From Moniliella sp. 'wahieum' (Eukaryota): DNA of 64,000 nucleotides. The position numbers and the translations under genes were made by a program. Below are positions 62,979 to 64,000 of this stretch, one piece after another. The stretch spans positions 248,001 through 312,000 of the forward strand of contig RSEE01000031.1 of assembly GCA_003971905.1 (NCBI GenBank), given 5' to 3'. The notes beneath the pieces are model-generated. The model did no database searches. It saw only the letters and a list, made by a program, of their open reading frames with translations, and was not told where the DNA came from. Every line of letters begins with the position of its first letter. The stretch's first letter is position 1.

Positions 62979-64000
62979 ATGTCCTCCACCACTGCACCTC
63001 TCATCCATGCTCCCACCAGGCGGCCCCGTTCGCTCAACGACGAGAAGCACAAGCCGCTGTCGGCCACGCTGGCCTCTCCCACTCAATCGCGCTCATCTTC
63101 TCTTACCTCCCTCGCCCCCTTCACTCTCACGCCCAGTCAAGAAGACGAGCCCCCCCTCTCGTCCTACCCTGCTTCCTCCCAAACATCGCTTCTCCAACCT
63201 GCGCCTACGCGCGCGCCTCTTGGCACTTGTGGCGCAAACGCAAAGGCCCGCTCTTTCCCTTTGCTATGCACGCCTGATCACTCACCTTCACCGTCCACCC
63301 CCTCCTCAACTGGAATCCTGCGCAACCCATTGCACGTCCATCGTACACACCCCGTCTCCTTTTCGGAACTAGATGAAAGCGGGAGGGTACGCACACGCAT
63401 TCGCGCGGTCACCTCTGAGCCCGACCCAGAGACTGCGCTTCGGAAAGAGCAGGCCGAAAAACGCGAGCGAGAGCGCAAGCGTGCGCGGGAAAAGGCCGAA
63501 GCACGACAAAGGGAGAAGGAAGCTCAACGCCTGCGGGGGTTAGGCAAGGTTGCCATGCTCTTAGGCATGGCCGATATCAACTTTAACGCCCAAATGGCTA
63601 TCCTTGGTGGGTGGGGTACTGGAAGTGGTTCCACCACCTACCTTCCTTGGAGCAGAAGCGTGAGGCGGAGAGGCAAGTCCGCAAGAAGTTTCAAGCCGAC
63701 CGTCGGCAGCTCGTTCTTGATCATGCTCGCACACCTTCTCCATCCCGATCCTCGGGTCACAGCCTGTTCCACAGGAGGCCGGCTCACTCCCCCCCCGAGG
63801 AGGAAGAATCGGAGGGGGAGACAGAGGAGCACGATGGCTGGCTGAACCCCGATGAGTTAGCTGCCATCAACGCCATTATCAATACCCGCCATTCTATGGC
63901 GGCCGCCCGGGCCTTGTCCAATGGACTTGTCTCGCCACGTCCTCATTCTTCCCAAGAAGTCTCCTCCACCGATGATTCTTCAGGAAAAATTCACTTTGCA
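62979..64000 (+). CDS. Hypothetical protein, runs off the window end
   Basis: ORF from ATG 62979, Ser/Pro-rich with a charged helix (RKEQAEKRERERKRAREKAE); no family recognised. Confidence 0.5.

Overview
GC-rich eukaryotic DNA, most likely from a basidiomycete fungus: short GT-AG introns with CTRAC/CTAAC branch points, an intron-containing tRNA and fungal-type genes. Nearly every gene is split across several ORF-track frames by 1-nt indels, mostly in G/C homopolymers, which looks like unpolished long-read error and not biology. CDS coordinates are therefore stitched by eye and approximate. Recognisable genes in order: NST1 (may run off the left edge), membrane-anchored GH5 glucanase, NEM1-like phosphatase, EMC6, eIF2B-delta (GCD2), HAL/SAT4-type kinase, GH9 endoglucanase, Zap1-like C2H2 factor, tRNA-Asn(GTT), a divergent Atos/FAM214-family gene hidden by frameshifts, a ~12.6 kb repeat-rich low-complexity gene, a probably conserved hypothetical, Rab6/Ypt6, a Bni4-like PP1-targeting protein and GCN2, plus a few orphan ORFs. 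Non-coding signals of note are two inverted, differently deleted copies of a TG...CA-bounded repeat (7236-8176 and 31089-31482), a recurrent 7-bp-periodic TTGAAYR motif upstream of housekeeping genes, a structured AG-depleted NST1 intron with two branch points, and a candidate zinc-response element upstream of the Zap1 homologue. No CRISPR array, rRNA or autonomous transposon ORF was seen. I found no convincing new multi-gene system; the best leads are regulatory.
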